A stretch of 64,000 nucleotides of DNA from a virus (taxonomy: Duplodnaviria > Caudoviricetes). Positions within the stretch are counted from its first letter, which is position 1. Each line of letters opens with the position of its first letter. The translations under genes were made by a program, and so were the position numbers. Below, one piece after another: positions 49,449 through 56,193 of the stretch. The notes below the pieces were generated by a model. That model was not told the origin of the DNA. It did no database searches and saw nothing but the letters and a program-made list of their open reading frames with translations. The stretch is taken from the IMG/VR virus record IMGVR_UViG_3300032093_000005; one strand, written 5' to 3'.

Positions 49449-49589
49449 AATCTTTGCTTTTCTCATTTCACGAATGAGTGAAAGATAATTTTGTCGTGCA
49501 GTTTTTTCTAATTCTGCACATTCATCAGTACGATGAAGATGCCACTCAGCAAAAGCAGTTTGCCACTCAGAATGTAAAGATTTAATCAT
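49431..49589 (-). CDS. hypothetical early protein (52 aa)
   Basis: Hand translation MIKSLHSEWQTAFAEWHLH...KIRSRKE; start overlaps upstream stop. Confidence 0.55.
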   Translation of the reverse strand: MIKSLHSEWQTAFAEWHLHRTDECAELEKTARQNYLSLIREMRKAKIRSRKE

Positions 49590-49744
49590 CAGTAGTGGTG
49601 GTGTGACATAACATTGTTGGGGTCATTGTACCAATCAGAATCCTCATAAGATTCAGTCATTCGAATCATCAACTCATCAGTAAGTTCAACGACTCCGGTT
49701 GTAACTAACTGTAGGATTTCTTCAGCGGTGAGGAATGTTTGCAT
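49589..49744 (-). CDS. hypothetical early protein (51 aa)
   Basis: Hand translation MQTFLTAEEILQLVTTG...DPNNVMSHHHY. Confidence 0.65.
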   Translation of the reverse strand: MQTFLTAEEILQLVTTGVVELTDELMIRMTESYEDSDWYNDPNNVMSHHHY

Positions 49745-49791
49745 GGTTCTGTAGTGTGGTTAAGAGGGGGGAATGTTACCCCCCGTGAATG

Positions 49792-49944
49792 TTACTTTTG
49801 AATGCAGTATCCGTACTCATCAATCGGGAAATCTTCATGATTCCAGTGTTCCTGAAGATCCTCCCAATTCTCTTGAATGTATTCATGAAGATCAAGTGCC
49901 CGATCTTCTTCCAGTTGGCGGCAGTTGGTGATGGGGTAGTTCAT
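49792..49944 (-). CDS. acidic hypothetical early protein (50 aa)
   Basis: Hand translation MNYPITNCRQLEEDRALDLHEYIQENWEDLQEHWNHEDFPIDEYGYCIQK. Confidence 0.6.
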   Translation of the reverse strand: MNYPITNCRQLEEDRALDLHEYIQENWEDLQEHWNHEDFPIDEYGYCIQK

Positions 49945-49981
49945 TCAGTGGTGTGGTGTGAACTGAGAGAAGTCTACAGGG

Positions 49982-50098
49982 TCAGTGGCGCACCATCTCA
50001 GCAGCGGTGGACAGTGCATCCGCTGTCACAGTGCGGATCGGGCGAATCGGTTCCCAGAGAATCCAGAGCAGTAGGGTTGCGATCATCAGGCGGAGCAT
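49982..50098 (-). CDS. small membrane peptide (38 aa)
   Basis: MLRLMIATLLLWILWEPIRPIRTVTADALSTAAEMVRH; leader ATCCTACCATG shared with upstream ORF. Confidence 0.6.
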   Translation of the reverse strand: MLRLMIATLLLWILWEPIRPIRTVTADALSTAAEMVRH

Positions 50099-50130
50099 GG
50101 TAGGATTGGCAGTTGCTTTGCTGAGTGCTT

Positions 50131-50268
50131 TCACTTGAGACCACAGGCAGATGGACGGGTGATGCAGATGCGATCGGCGGCGGATTCTGTGCTAGTATTG
50201 ACGGTTGCCAATGCCATTTGAGCAACGCCACACGCGAACAGGCAGAACAGGAGAGGGAATGCTTTCAT
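50131..50268 (-). CDS. small signal-peptide-like/membrane peptide (45 aa)
   Basis: MKAFPLLFCLFACGVAQMALATVNTSTESAADRICITRPSACGLK; upstream promoter TTGCCG-17-TACAAT. Confidence 0.6.
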   Translation of the reverse strand: MKAFPLLFCLFACGVAQMALATVNTSTESAADRICITRPSACGLK

Positions 50269-50301
50269 GGTAGGATGGGGGGTTGGTGCCCCCGTATTGT
50301 A

Positions 50302-50562
50302 TCACCCGAACAGGGCAGCGGCAAGACGATCACGCTTGCGGATCTTATCGGGAAAAATGCTCCACTGATCACGCTTGCCATCAGGGCGCAGTGTGGCGGT
50401 GAGAATGCCCTCCCGCTCCATCTCCACCATAATGGCGTGAACAGTGCCCTTATGCTTACGGGGGTCCATTCCCATGCCGCGCACAATGTCGCTGCATGTT
50501 TGCTCGCCGTTCTGAATCAGTGTGGCGCGGACGGCGGTGCGGATGGCGGTTCGGAGGTTCAT
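50302..50562 (-). CDS. winged-helix-like DNA-binding protein
   Basis: NGEQTCSDIVRGMG...TVHAIMVEMEREGIL..T..PDG..W pattern typical of wHTH. Confidence 0.55.
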   Translation of the reverse strand: MNLRTAIRTAVRATLIQNGEQTCSDIVRGMGMDPRKHKGTVHAIMVEMEREGILTATLRPDGKRDQWSIFPDKIRKRDRLAAALFG

Positions 50563-50587
50563 CGGAGTGGTGTGGTGAACTGATACC

Positions 50588-50683
50588 AGTATGGGGGCAG
50601 ATGGGGGGCAGATCCATCCAGGTTGTGCCAGTGGTCAGACTGTCCACCGATGCGGGTTTTGCGGGGGATCGGATGCTTATAAT
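50588..50683. promoter_or_regulatory. divergent promoter pair sharing one palindromic box
   Basis: Box GTGCCA-N10-TGTCCAC 50625-50647; minus -10 CATACT 50588-50593; plus -10 TATAAT 50678-50683, each ~30 nt from the box. Confidence 0.7.
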
Positions 50684-50689
50684 ACGGGG

Positions 50690-50805
50690 ACAATCAAGAG
50701 AGGGGCAGGGTCGCCCCGTTGACGCAAACGGTCGCCACCGAACCTGCCTGCCGGTATTATAAAAAAAAGTATAAAGAAAGGGGGCGGATTGTGCCCCCTC
50801 TTTTA
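50690..50805 (+). ncRNA. putative small RNA, copy A
   Basis: No ORF; plus-strand promoter, GGGGC/GCCCC hairpin, ends at hairpin plus T tract; homologous to 52490-52604. Confidence 0.5.
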
Positions 50806-50809
50806 TACT
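50768..50809. terminator. bidirectional terminator
   Basis: GGGGGC-7nt-GCCCCC stem flanked by AGTATAAAGAAA and TCTTTTATACT. Confidence 0.8.
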
Positions 50810-50815
50810 TTAGGA

Positions 50816-51088
50816 TCAGACTTCGATCTGTTCAATGTCACCATGCTTCAGAGCACGGTTAAACAACTGACCCCAAGATGTTGCCGCTTTGTCTTCATCA
50901 TTGGAGAGAAGTGCAAACCAACGCTCACACTCACCTTCATCTTCCCAAGCGTAGCGATAAACTTTATCGCTGCTGTTAAATGTCACCAGCAGATCGTAAC
51001 AATCCCCATCGGCGCGAACAATAGCAAGATGGGCGATGGCGCTGGATTGAACGCTGGCGCTGATCGTGAAGTCGGTTGCGGTTGCCAT
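50816..51088 (-). CDS. KTSC-domain-like protein (start moved to MATAT)
   Basis: SSAIAHL...LLVTFNSSDKVYRY...SWGQLFNRALK matches KTSC pattern SS.I..v.Y...L.V.F..G..Y.Y...S.G..FN..Ik. Confidence 0.6.
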   Translation of the reverse strand: MATATDFTISASVQSSAIAHLAIVRADGDCYDLLVTFNSSDKVYRYAWEDEGECERWFALLSNDEDKAATSWGQLFNRALKHGDIEQIEV

Positions 51089-51158
51089 AGTGTCGTTTGC
51101 GGTTGACTCTGTAAGTCTACAGGATAGGTGGGGGGCATCCGCGCCCCCCGTGTGCATC

Positions 51159-51836
51159 TTAACGATCTGTCACAATGGCGTCAACTGCCTTCTTAGCAGT
51201 CCCGTGTGCAGGAAATGCTATAATAAACTCACGGTCGGATTGTTGACACAAACCGCAGGTGCTGCAGTTAACTTTACCCTTGTGAATCTTAGCAGGGCAA
51301 ACAACAACCTTACGACCGCTCTCAGTGTTAAAGAACCGCCGCGATTCTGTGGAAGGAACAACAGCAACCGCAGGGATTCCGTGCTCTGACATAACCGAAT
51401 CAGCAACCTCTACGGATTCTGTGCTCACGTTGACTGTGAACCCGTTAGCGTTAGCGTTCTGAATCACTTTTAGGTTGTGATCATTCAGAACGTGGTGAGT
51501 GTAGGTGAAACCTTTCTTGCCACGATTTGCCCGCACAAGTGCATCAACCATCAGCGGATTGATGTCACCTAAGAGATGCGGGAGATCCCCAGTTACGTTA
51601 TGACGCCATAAAGAATTGGGGGCAAATTTACGAACCTTGGAGATAAACTCATCCCAAGATACGCCGCGCTCGTGATTAGAAACCTTGCGCCAATGTACAC
51701 CCTGTAGATGATACTTACCGTAGCACCCTGTTTCATAAAAAGGGCAGGCAGTTGAGCAGGATGCCCGTTCTGTGACGGTGGTGGGGATCGGTCCCGTGTT
51801 GCTGTTGCCTGAGGCGGTGGTGATGGCGACTTGCAC
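51159..51836 (-). CDS. Cys-rich GP88/radical-SAM-like putative Fe-S protein (probable GTG start at 51836)
   Basis: N..TGPIP, CSTACPF..TGCY, WRHNVTGDL, GFTYTH, GFTVNVS, CPA..V.CSTCGLC, IAFPAHG. Confidence 0.55.
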   Translation of the reverse strand: MQVAITTASGNSNTGPIPTTVTERASCSTACPFYETGCYGKYHLQGVHWRKVSNHERGVSWDEFISKVRKFAPNSLWRHNVTGDLPHLLGDINPLMVDALVRANRGKKGFTYTHHVLNDHNLKVIQNANANGFTVNVSTESVEVADSVMSEHGIPAVAVVPSTESRRFFNTESGRKVVVCPAKIHKGKVNCSTCGLCQQSDREFIIAFPAHGTAKKAVDAIVTDR

Positions 51837-51862
51837 GGTGGTGTGGTGCGGTTGACCTTTTA

Positions 51863-51921
51863 AGTATAGGGGTTGGGGGCACCCTGTCGATGCCCCCTGT
51901 GCCACCTTGCCAACTGTCACA
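51863..51921 (-). promoter_or_regulatory. early promoter with palindromic box
   Basis: TCGACA-16-TATACT; box GTGCCA-N10-TGTCAC at 51899-51920. Confidence 0.75.
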
Positions 51922-52339
51922 CCTTCCAGAGTTTCTCTTCAATCAGGCGATCAATCAGTGCCTTAGAGAGTGAACCACAGTGCTCACAATGCGATTCCAG
52001 GTTGATACGTTCATGCAGAGAATTACGATAGCAGTAATGCTGAAAGGATGCAAAATGCCAGCGATAAACTGCACTCAGAGTCTGCAGATACTTACGGAAG
52101 ACAACATAATCCGAATAATCTGAGAACCTTCTGATTGTATGATAAACAGAGTTAAATCCCCGAAAATCTGTAGTGTGGCGATTGCGACCACGACAATACT
52201 TAAGAGTATTCATAATCACCTCAGTGTAATGCTCATTGAAAAACTTTGAGGTGACTTCTTGACAAATACGATCCAAATCTTTGATCTGGTTGGAGTTAAG
52301 ATCCTGATCCAGGGAAGGATTAAAGAAAGGGGTGTTCAT
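51917..52339 (-). CDS. hypothetical early protein (probable start MNTPFF)
   Basis: ORF with C-terminal CEHC; upstream extension in track runs through promoter/ncRNA region. Confidence 0.7.
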   Translation of the reverse strand: MNTPFFNPSLDQDLNSNQIKDLDRICQEVTSKFFNEHYTEVIMNTLKYCRGRNRHTTDFRGFNSVYHTIRRFSDYSDYVVFRKYLQTLSAVYRWHFASFQHYCYRNSLHERINLESHCEHCGSLSKALIDRLIEEKLWKV

Positions 52340-52425
52340 GGTGGTGGGGTGGTGTGTGGTCGGCGTCAGTGGTGCGCCGTTGACGGAATGATGAACGATG
52401 AGAACCTGCCACCACAAGCGGGTTT

Positions 52426-52483
52426 GTGCCACCTTTAGAACTGGCACAACCCACCGGGTTTTGATGCGGTCTGGCAGTATCCT
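52426..52483 (+). promoter_or_regulatory. plus-strand promoter with palindromic box
   Basis: GTGCCA-N10-TGGCAC 52426-52447, 30 nt, -10 TATCCT 52478-52483 followed by ATGGGG. Confidence 0.65.
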
Positions 52484-52489
52484 ATGGGG

Positions 52490-52604
52490 ACAATCAGATG
52501 AGGGGAGGGGTATCCCTGTGGACGACAACACATCGCCACCGCCCCTGCCATAAAATAATAGAATGTGAAGAATAGTAAAAAGGATCAGGCACCACCCTGA
52601 TCCT
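52490..52604 (+). ncRNA. putative small RNA, copy B
   Basis: Shares GGGGACAATCA..GAGGGG, GACG..AAC..TCGCCACCG..CCTGCC and A-rich tail with copy A. Confidence 0.5.
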
Positions 52605-52695
52605 CAGCGTCCACATCACCTTAACCATGCTAGAATTATCTGTTCGCTTCGTGGGTGACTTTCTTTTAGCGGAGGCAAACCCCTTCCTCCTTGTC

Positions 52696-52884
52696 TTATA
52701 ATTCTACCATCCAGTCTGGGTCATTGTCAAGTGTTGCCCAGAAATGATTGCGACCGTTCAATGATGTGAGAAACACTTTGTTACCTTTGTGTTGCTCAAT
52801 GATGCAGATCTCGATGCGATTCATGATGTTCGAGAATCTGTTCTTTGCTTTCTTCGAGATTGGTGTAACAGATGCAGTTTGCAT
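52696..52884 (-). CDS. hypothetical early protein (probable start MQTASV)
   Basis: 62 aa; upstream extension overlaps the repeat cluster. Confidence 0.7.
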   Translation of the reverse strand: MQTASVTPISKKAKNRFSNIMNRIEICIIEQHKGNKVFLTSLNGRNHFWATLDNDPDWMVEL

Positions 52885-52890
52885 GATGGT

Positions 52891-53022
52891 CTCGTCGAGA
52901 TGTGCATAATCTAGTTGATCTTGCTGATCTCGTCGAGAGAGGTGTACCACTAGATGAACTGGCACACCTCGACGAGTTTCAGAACTGGATCTCGTCTAGT
53001 GTTGGAACATTATCTTGACTAG
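52891..53022. repeat. cluster 2 of CTCGWCGAG palindromic repeats
   Basis: Exact copies at 52891, 52929, 52968; variants CTCGTCTAG 52991, CTTGACTAG 53014. Confidence 0.8.
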
Positions 53023-53121
53023 ATTCACTGCTGTCCACCCCATCACAGAGTACATCAAGAATGTGAAGGATGTCGTTCCCATTTTTGCCTTGGCGAAGTT
53101 GAGAGATCAGAAGTTGTTTGG

Positions 53122-53304
53122 TCATTGTGCAGATTCCTCCAGCAGTTCGGGATAGTATTCTTCACACTCAGTAATCAATTCTTCATCCGAATACTTTGCA
53201 TAACCCTCATCCAGATAATCATAACAAAGTTGGGTCATTGTCTTGAGGTCCATGTCATCCAACATCTGCTGAATGAGTTGATCTTGAAGTTCAGTGCGGT
53301 TCAT
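53122..53304 (-). CDS. hypothetical early protein
   Basis: 60 aa acidic helical ORF in tightly packed array. Confidence 0.75.
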   Translation of the reverse strand: MNRTELQDQLIQQMLDDMDLKTMTQLCYDYLDEGYAKYSDEELITECEEYYPELLEESAQ

Positions 53305-53306
53305 AA

Positions 53307-53576
53307 TCAGTTAGCGTAGAGGGGCAGTTTCTTACGGAGGCGGATTGCGTCCTCCAATACATCACCAATCTGTTCGTAGATGTAGTCGCAACCTCCCACA
53401 TCACAGAGAACATCTTGAGTGAAAAGTTCAGGAAAACGATGCTCTTCTGTCATTTCCTCATTATACTCAAAAACATCGTTTTGAGTGAATACAAACGCAG
53501 CACAACCTGCGTCCTCACCTTGACTCTCAATCAGTTGGTTGATAGAGTCACGAAGTTCAGAAAGAGTGCGGTACAT
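53307..53576 (-). CDS. hypothetical early protein
   Basis: 89 aa acidic ORF. Confidence 0.75.
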   Translation of the reverse strand: MYRTLSELRDSINQLIESQGEDAGCAAFVFTQNDVFEYNEEMTEEHRFPELFTQDVLCDVGGCDYIYEQIGDVLEDAIRLRKKLPLYAN

Positions 53577-53578
53577 AA

Positions 53579-53755
53579 TCAGAAACGAATTACAGGGTGG
53601 TCAACATCAAGGACATCACATTCATCAGTTGTAAATGCAAGATCTACATCAAGTTGAATGTGTTGATCTTCCCAACTGTTGTAGATGCAAACATCCTGAT
53701 TCAGTTGTTCTTCATTCAGTTGTTGCAACTGTTGCAGAAGTTCCTTGTAAGTCAT
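53579..53755 (-). CDS. hypothetical early protein (58 aa)
   Basis: Hand translation MTYKELLQQLQQLNEEQLNQDV...DHPVIRF; coupled stop/start. Confidence 0.7.
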   Translation of the reverse strand: MTYKELLQQLQQLNEEQLNQDVCIYNSWEDQHIQLDVDLAFTTDECDVLDVDHPVIRF

Positions 53756-53928
53756 CAGTCGTCTCCGAAGTTGTTGGTGAGGAAGTCTTCAAGTTCAATG
53801 AGTTTGCTGTCACTTAGAGAGACAATGTACTCATCGACAATCATAGCAAGAAGGTCGTGATCTTCCCTGCATTTAGCATACAAAAACTCAAAGAGTTCTG
53901 TGCCCGTAGAGTAACGAAGGTCAGTCAT
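53755..53928 (-). CDS. hypothetical early protein (57 aa)
   Basis: Hand translation MTDLRYSTGTELFEFLYAKC...; TGATG coupling. Confidence 0.7.
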   Translation of the reverse strand: MTDLRYSTGTELFEFLYAKCREDHDLLAMIVDEYIVSLSDSKLIELEDFLTNNFGDD

Positions 53929-54077
53929 CAGAAATCGTTGAGACAGTGACGGTAGGTTTGATTCAAACGAATGAGAATGTCATTCCAAAACTCTACATCC
54001 TCATCATCATTGTATTGGTTGTTCTCTTCAACCAAACGAATCAGATTGTTGAGATCGTGAGGAGTGAGATAGTTCAT
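53928..54077 (-). CDS. hypothetical early protein (49 aa)
   Basis: Hand translation MNYLTPHDLNNLIRLVEENN...; TGATG coupling. Confidence 0.7.
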   Translation of the reverse strand: MNYLTPHDLNNLIRLVEENNQYNDDEDVEFWNDILIRLNQTYRHCLNDF

Positions 54078-54226
54078 CAAACTTCATCCCGCATTTCAGA
54101 GAGTTTGTCATAGAGTGCGGAAACATCGCACCCCACAATTTCACTCACTTCATCCCAATCATCATGAAACTCTATCAGCGCCAGAAGCGCATCCAGTTCT
54201 TCAAAAGTCAGAGCAGTGAGAGTCAT
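54077..54226 (-). CDS. hypothetical early protein (49 aa)
   Basis: Hand translation MTLTALTFEELDALLALIEFHDD...; TGATG coupling. Confidence 0.7.
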   Translation of the reverse strand: MTLTALTFEELDALLALIEFHDDWDEVSEIVGCDVSALYDKLSEMRDEV

Positions 54227-54360
54227 TTGTCTTTAGAGCGACGGTGACGGTCAGAAGCGGTAGGGTCAGGATCATAAACCCCCAACCCCATCCGATCCTC
54301 ATAGTAGAACATGGCACCGAACATTGTCAAGATGCCAGCACCCAGAATCAGAGTAACCAT
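54223..54360 (-). CDS. small membrane protein (45 aa)
   Basis: MVTLILGAGILTMFGAMFYYEDRMG...; N-terminal hydrophobic helix, ATGA coupling. Confidence 0.6.
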   Translation of the reverse strand: MVTLILGAGILTMFGAMFYYEDRMGLGVYDPDPTASDRHRRSKDK

Positions 54361-54500
54361 CAGAAATCCCAATCAGAGTTCAGAAAAGCATTCCAGGTTG
54401 CCTCATCATTCTGGTATTCTTCATCCAATTCCCGCATCTCAGGAATGTCGAAGATCTCACCAGGAGCATCAGCAATTTCGATCCAGAGTGTGTCTTCCAT
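54360..54500 (-). CDS. acidic hypothetical early protein (start MEDTLW)
   Basis: 46 aa; preceded by TATACT -10 (54527-54532) and box at 54563. Confidence 0.7.
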   Translation of the reverse strand: MEDTLWIEIADAPGEIFDIPEMRELDEEYQNDEATWNAFLNSDWDF

Positions 54501-54572
54501 GTGGTGTGTGGTTGGTTGACTCTTGTAGTATAAGGGGCACCAGAGGCGCTTCCAGTGCCCTTGTGACACTTC

Positions 54573-54974
54573 TTAAACTGCCAGGTTACCAGCAGGAATC
54601 TCCACCAGTGAAGGTTTTTTCTTCTCAAACTGGTGCATGTCATAACATACCCATTCACCCTTACGGTAAAGGTATGCAAACTCTTCACCTGCTGAGAGAT
54701 ACTCTTTCAGTGAAGAATCATAACGGGGAGGAGTATCTTCCCCACGCTGAGAATAGTATTGAGCACCGTATTCTTGTGCTTTACTATCCCAGCGATCTTC
54801 AGTCCAGCAGGATGACATGTCGCCACCATCAATCAGTGCAGCGACCTTATCCCTGTTGTGATAATGAGTGCGAAGAATCCTACCCAACCATTCAGGATAA
54901 CCATCCCAGTGGTGATAGGCAGAAAGAATCGAACCGTCTGCCAGTTCGATGCCAATGCGTGATCTGGTTGCCAT
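54573..54974 (-). CDS. conserved phage protein with Y.HWDGYP motif
   Basis: MATRSRIG...YHHWDGYPEWLG...GGDMSS; promoter TTGACG-17-TAAATT upstream. Confidence 0.8.
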   Translation of the reverse strand: MATRSRIGIELADGSILSAYHHWDGYPEWLGRILRTHYHNRDKVAALIDGGDMSSCWTEDRWDSKAQEYGAQYYSQRGEDTPPRYDSSLKEYLSAGEEFAYLYRKGEWVCYDMHQFEKKKPSLVEIPAGNLAV

Positions 54975-54998
54975 TGGTGTGTGGTGTTGAACAATGTC

Positions 54999-55056
54999 AA
55001 TTTACGGGATTCTCAGCAGTCCGTCAAGACCCTTGTGCCACTACAGAAACTGGCAT
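54999..55056 (-). promoter_or_regulatory. early promoter with palindromic box
   Basis: TTGACG (55022-55027)-17-TAAATT; box GTGCCA-N10-TGGCAT at 55035-55056. Confidence 0.75.
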
Positions 55057-55243
55057 AAGCAGATCCCGAATCCGCAGGAGTTGTGCTTCATCCTCTGGCG
55101 TCTCACAGTCTGCCAAATCTACAGGAGCACATTCCTCCAAGTCAACCATCCCATACACATTGATCGGTGCAAAGAACAACTCATGGTTGTCCACAAAGTA
55201 TAAGCAACCGTGACCGTTCTCAATGTAAAACTTGGTGGGCATG
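55024..55243 (-). CDS. hypothetical early protein (probable start MPTKFY)
   Basis: ~72 aa ORF; track start lies in terminator region. Confidence 0.6.
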
Positions 55244-55276
55244 AGTTCTAATGTTTCAACGCAACCAATATAAGAC

Positions 55277-55316
55277 AAAAGCGGCACTTGGATTGTCTCC
55301 TTGTGCCGCTTTTTTA
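55277..55316. terminator. bidirectional terminator
   Basis: AAAAGCGGCAC...GTGCCGCTTTTTT. Confidence 0.75.
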
Positions 55317-55326
55317 TGTGTCACAA

Positions 55327-55479
55327 TCAATAAAGATCAGAGTAATCTTTGATTCTACAGTCTACCTCTTCACCACCTTCCAATTGCAGGACTTCCCTCC
55401 AATTGATATCTTCTAGATCTAGATCATCATAACATCTAATGTCCAGCGTGACTCGAACTAGTCTCTTTTGTGCAATCAT
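55327..55479 (-). CDS. hypothetical early protein (50 aa)
   Basis: Hand translation MIAQKRLVRVTLDIRCYDDLDLEDINWREVLQLEGGEEVDCRIKDYSDLY. Confidence 0.7.
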   Translation of the reverse strand: MIAQKRLVRVTLDIRCYDDLDLEDINWREVLQLEGGEEVDCRIKDYSDLY

Positions 55480-55510
55480 AAGATCCTCGTGCGTTGTGTT
55501 CTAGATTCTA

Positions 55511-55651
55511 TCATGCATAATGGCGATATGCAAGATCTTGATAATCTTGCCCATCTCGTGCATAATCCTCGTCGAGATCTTGTGTATACTCGTCGAGATC
55601 GTATGAATAGTCTGATGCGTATGTATAGTCGAGATCGTAGTCGTCGTACAT
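55511..55651 (-). CDS. Asp/Tyr-rich microprotein (start MYDDY, 46 aa)
   Basis: MYDDYDLDYTYASDYSYDLDEYTQDLDEDYARDGQDYQDLAYRHYA. Confidence 0.6.
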   Translation of the reverse strand: MYDDYDLDYTYASDYSYDLDEYTQDLDEDYARDGQDYQDLAYRHYA

Positions 55652-55768
55652 AATGCTCGTCGAGATTGTGTAACTGAATGAATTATAGCATAATCCTCGA
55701 CGAGATTGCAAGCTTTATGATGCACCGTCTCGTCGAGATCATGCTAATATATATGCACTATCGTCGAG
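55553..55768. repeat. cluster 3 of CTCGWCGAG palindromic repeats
   Basis: Exact copies at 55568, 55589, 55656, 55696, 55729; variants at 55628, 55760. Confidence 0.85.
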
Positions 55769-55803
55769 AATTGTGTGCTTTTATAAACATGAGATCTCTG
55801 AGT

Positions 55804-55832
55804 ATCATAACACGAACGCACAAGACTGTCAA
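55804..55832 (-). promoter_or_regulatory. sigma70-type promoter (leftward)
   Basis: TTGACA-17-TATGAT on minus strand. Confidence 0.8.
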
Positions 55833-55880
55833 GGTCTCTGAGTCTTATGTGTGGGTCTCATGGGAAATTTTTGGAGGCGC

Positions 55881-55909
55881 TTGACTTTTTTGAGTTCTTG
55901 TGATAGACT
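55881..55909 (+). promoter_or_regulatory. sigma70-type promoter (rightward, into tandem repeat)
   Basis: TTGACT-17-TAGACT. Confidence 0.75.
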
Positions 55910-55933
55910 GCTCGCCTAACTCACAAGACCTAG

Positions 55934-56080
55934 AAGGTTTTAATGAGTATTACATAAGGTTTTAATGAGTATTACATAAGGTTTTAATGAGTATTACATA
56001 AGGTTTTAATGAGTATTACATAAGGTTTTAATGAGTATTAGTAGAAGGATTTAGAGAGTATTACATAAGGTTTTAATGAG
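55934..56080 (+). repeat. 22-bp tandem repeat, ~6.6 copies (AAGGTTTTAATGAGTATTACAT)
   Basis: Four perfect units 55934-56021, two variant units, one partial; no spacers. Confidence 0.97.
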
Positions 56081-56110
56081 AATAAACACACCTATTCTCA
56101 ACTAATACCC

Positions 56111-56152
56111 TTATTGATTCTCAATAACAATCACCTTATTGAGAATCAATAT
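56111..56152. repeat. 16-bp perfect inverted repeat, each arm itself a TTATTGA-N3-TCAATA palindrome
   Basis: TATTGATTCTCAATAA-caatcacc-TTATTGAGAATCAATA followed by TATGTTTTTT. Confidence 0.9.
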
Positions 56153-56193
56153 ATGTTTTTTAATACCTTTTTTAATTAAATTTAAGTTAAAAT

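Noticed and set aside
49789-51389. Several plus-strand ORFs of 88-152 aa
   Set aside because: Expected in a GC-richer tract; they overlap better-supported minus-strand genes with promoters
52340-52531. N-terminal extension of the 204-aa ORF
   Set aside because: Runs across the promoter box and putative RNA; MNTPFF has the local CAC-rich leader
54311-55213. 300-aa plus-strand ORF
   Set aside because: Antisense to several coupled minus-strand genes and their promoters; no recognisable motif
49371-55768. Mini-CRISPR arrays from CTCGWCGAG repeats
   Set aside because: Repeat is only 9-13 bp with irregular short intervals
55934-56080. CRISPR array
   Set aside because: Units are head-to-tail with no spacers, and no cas genes are in the window
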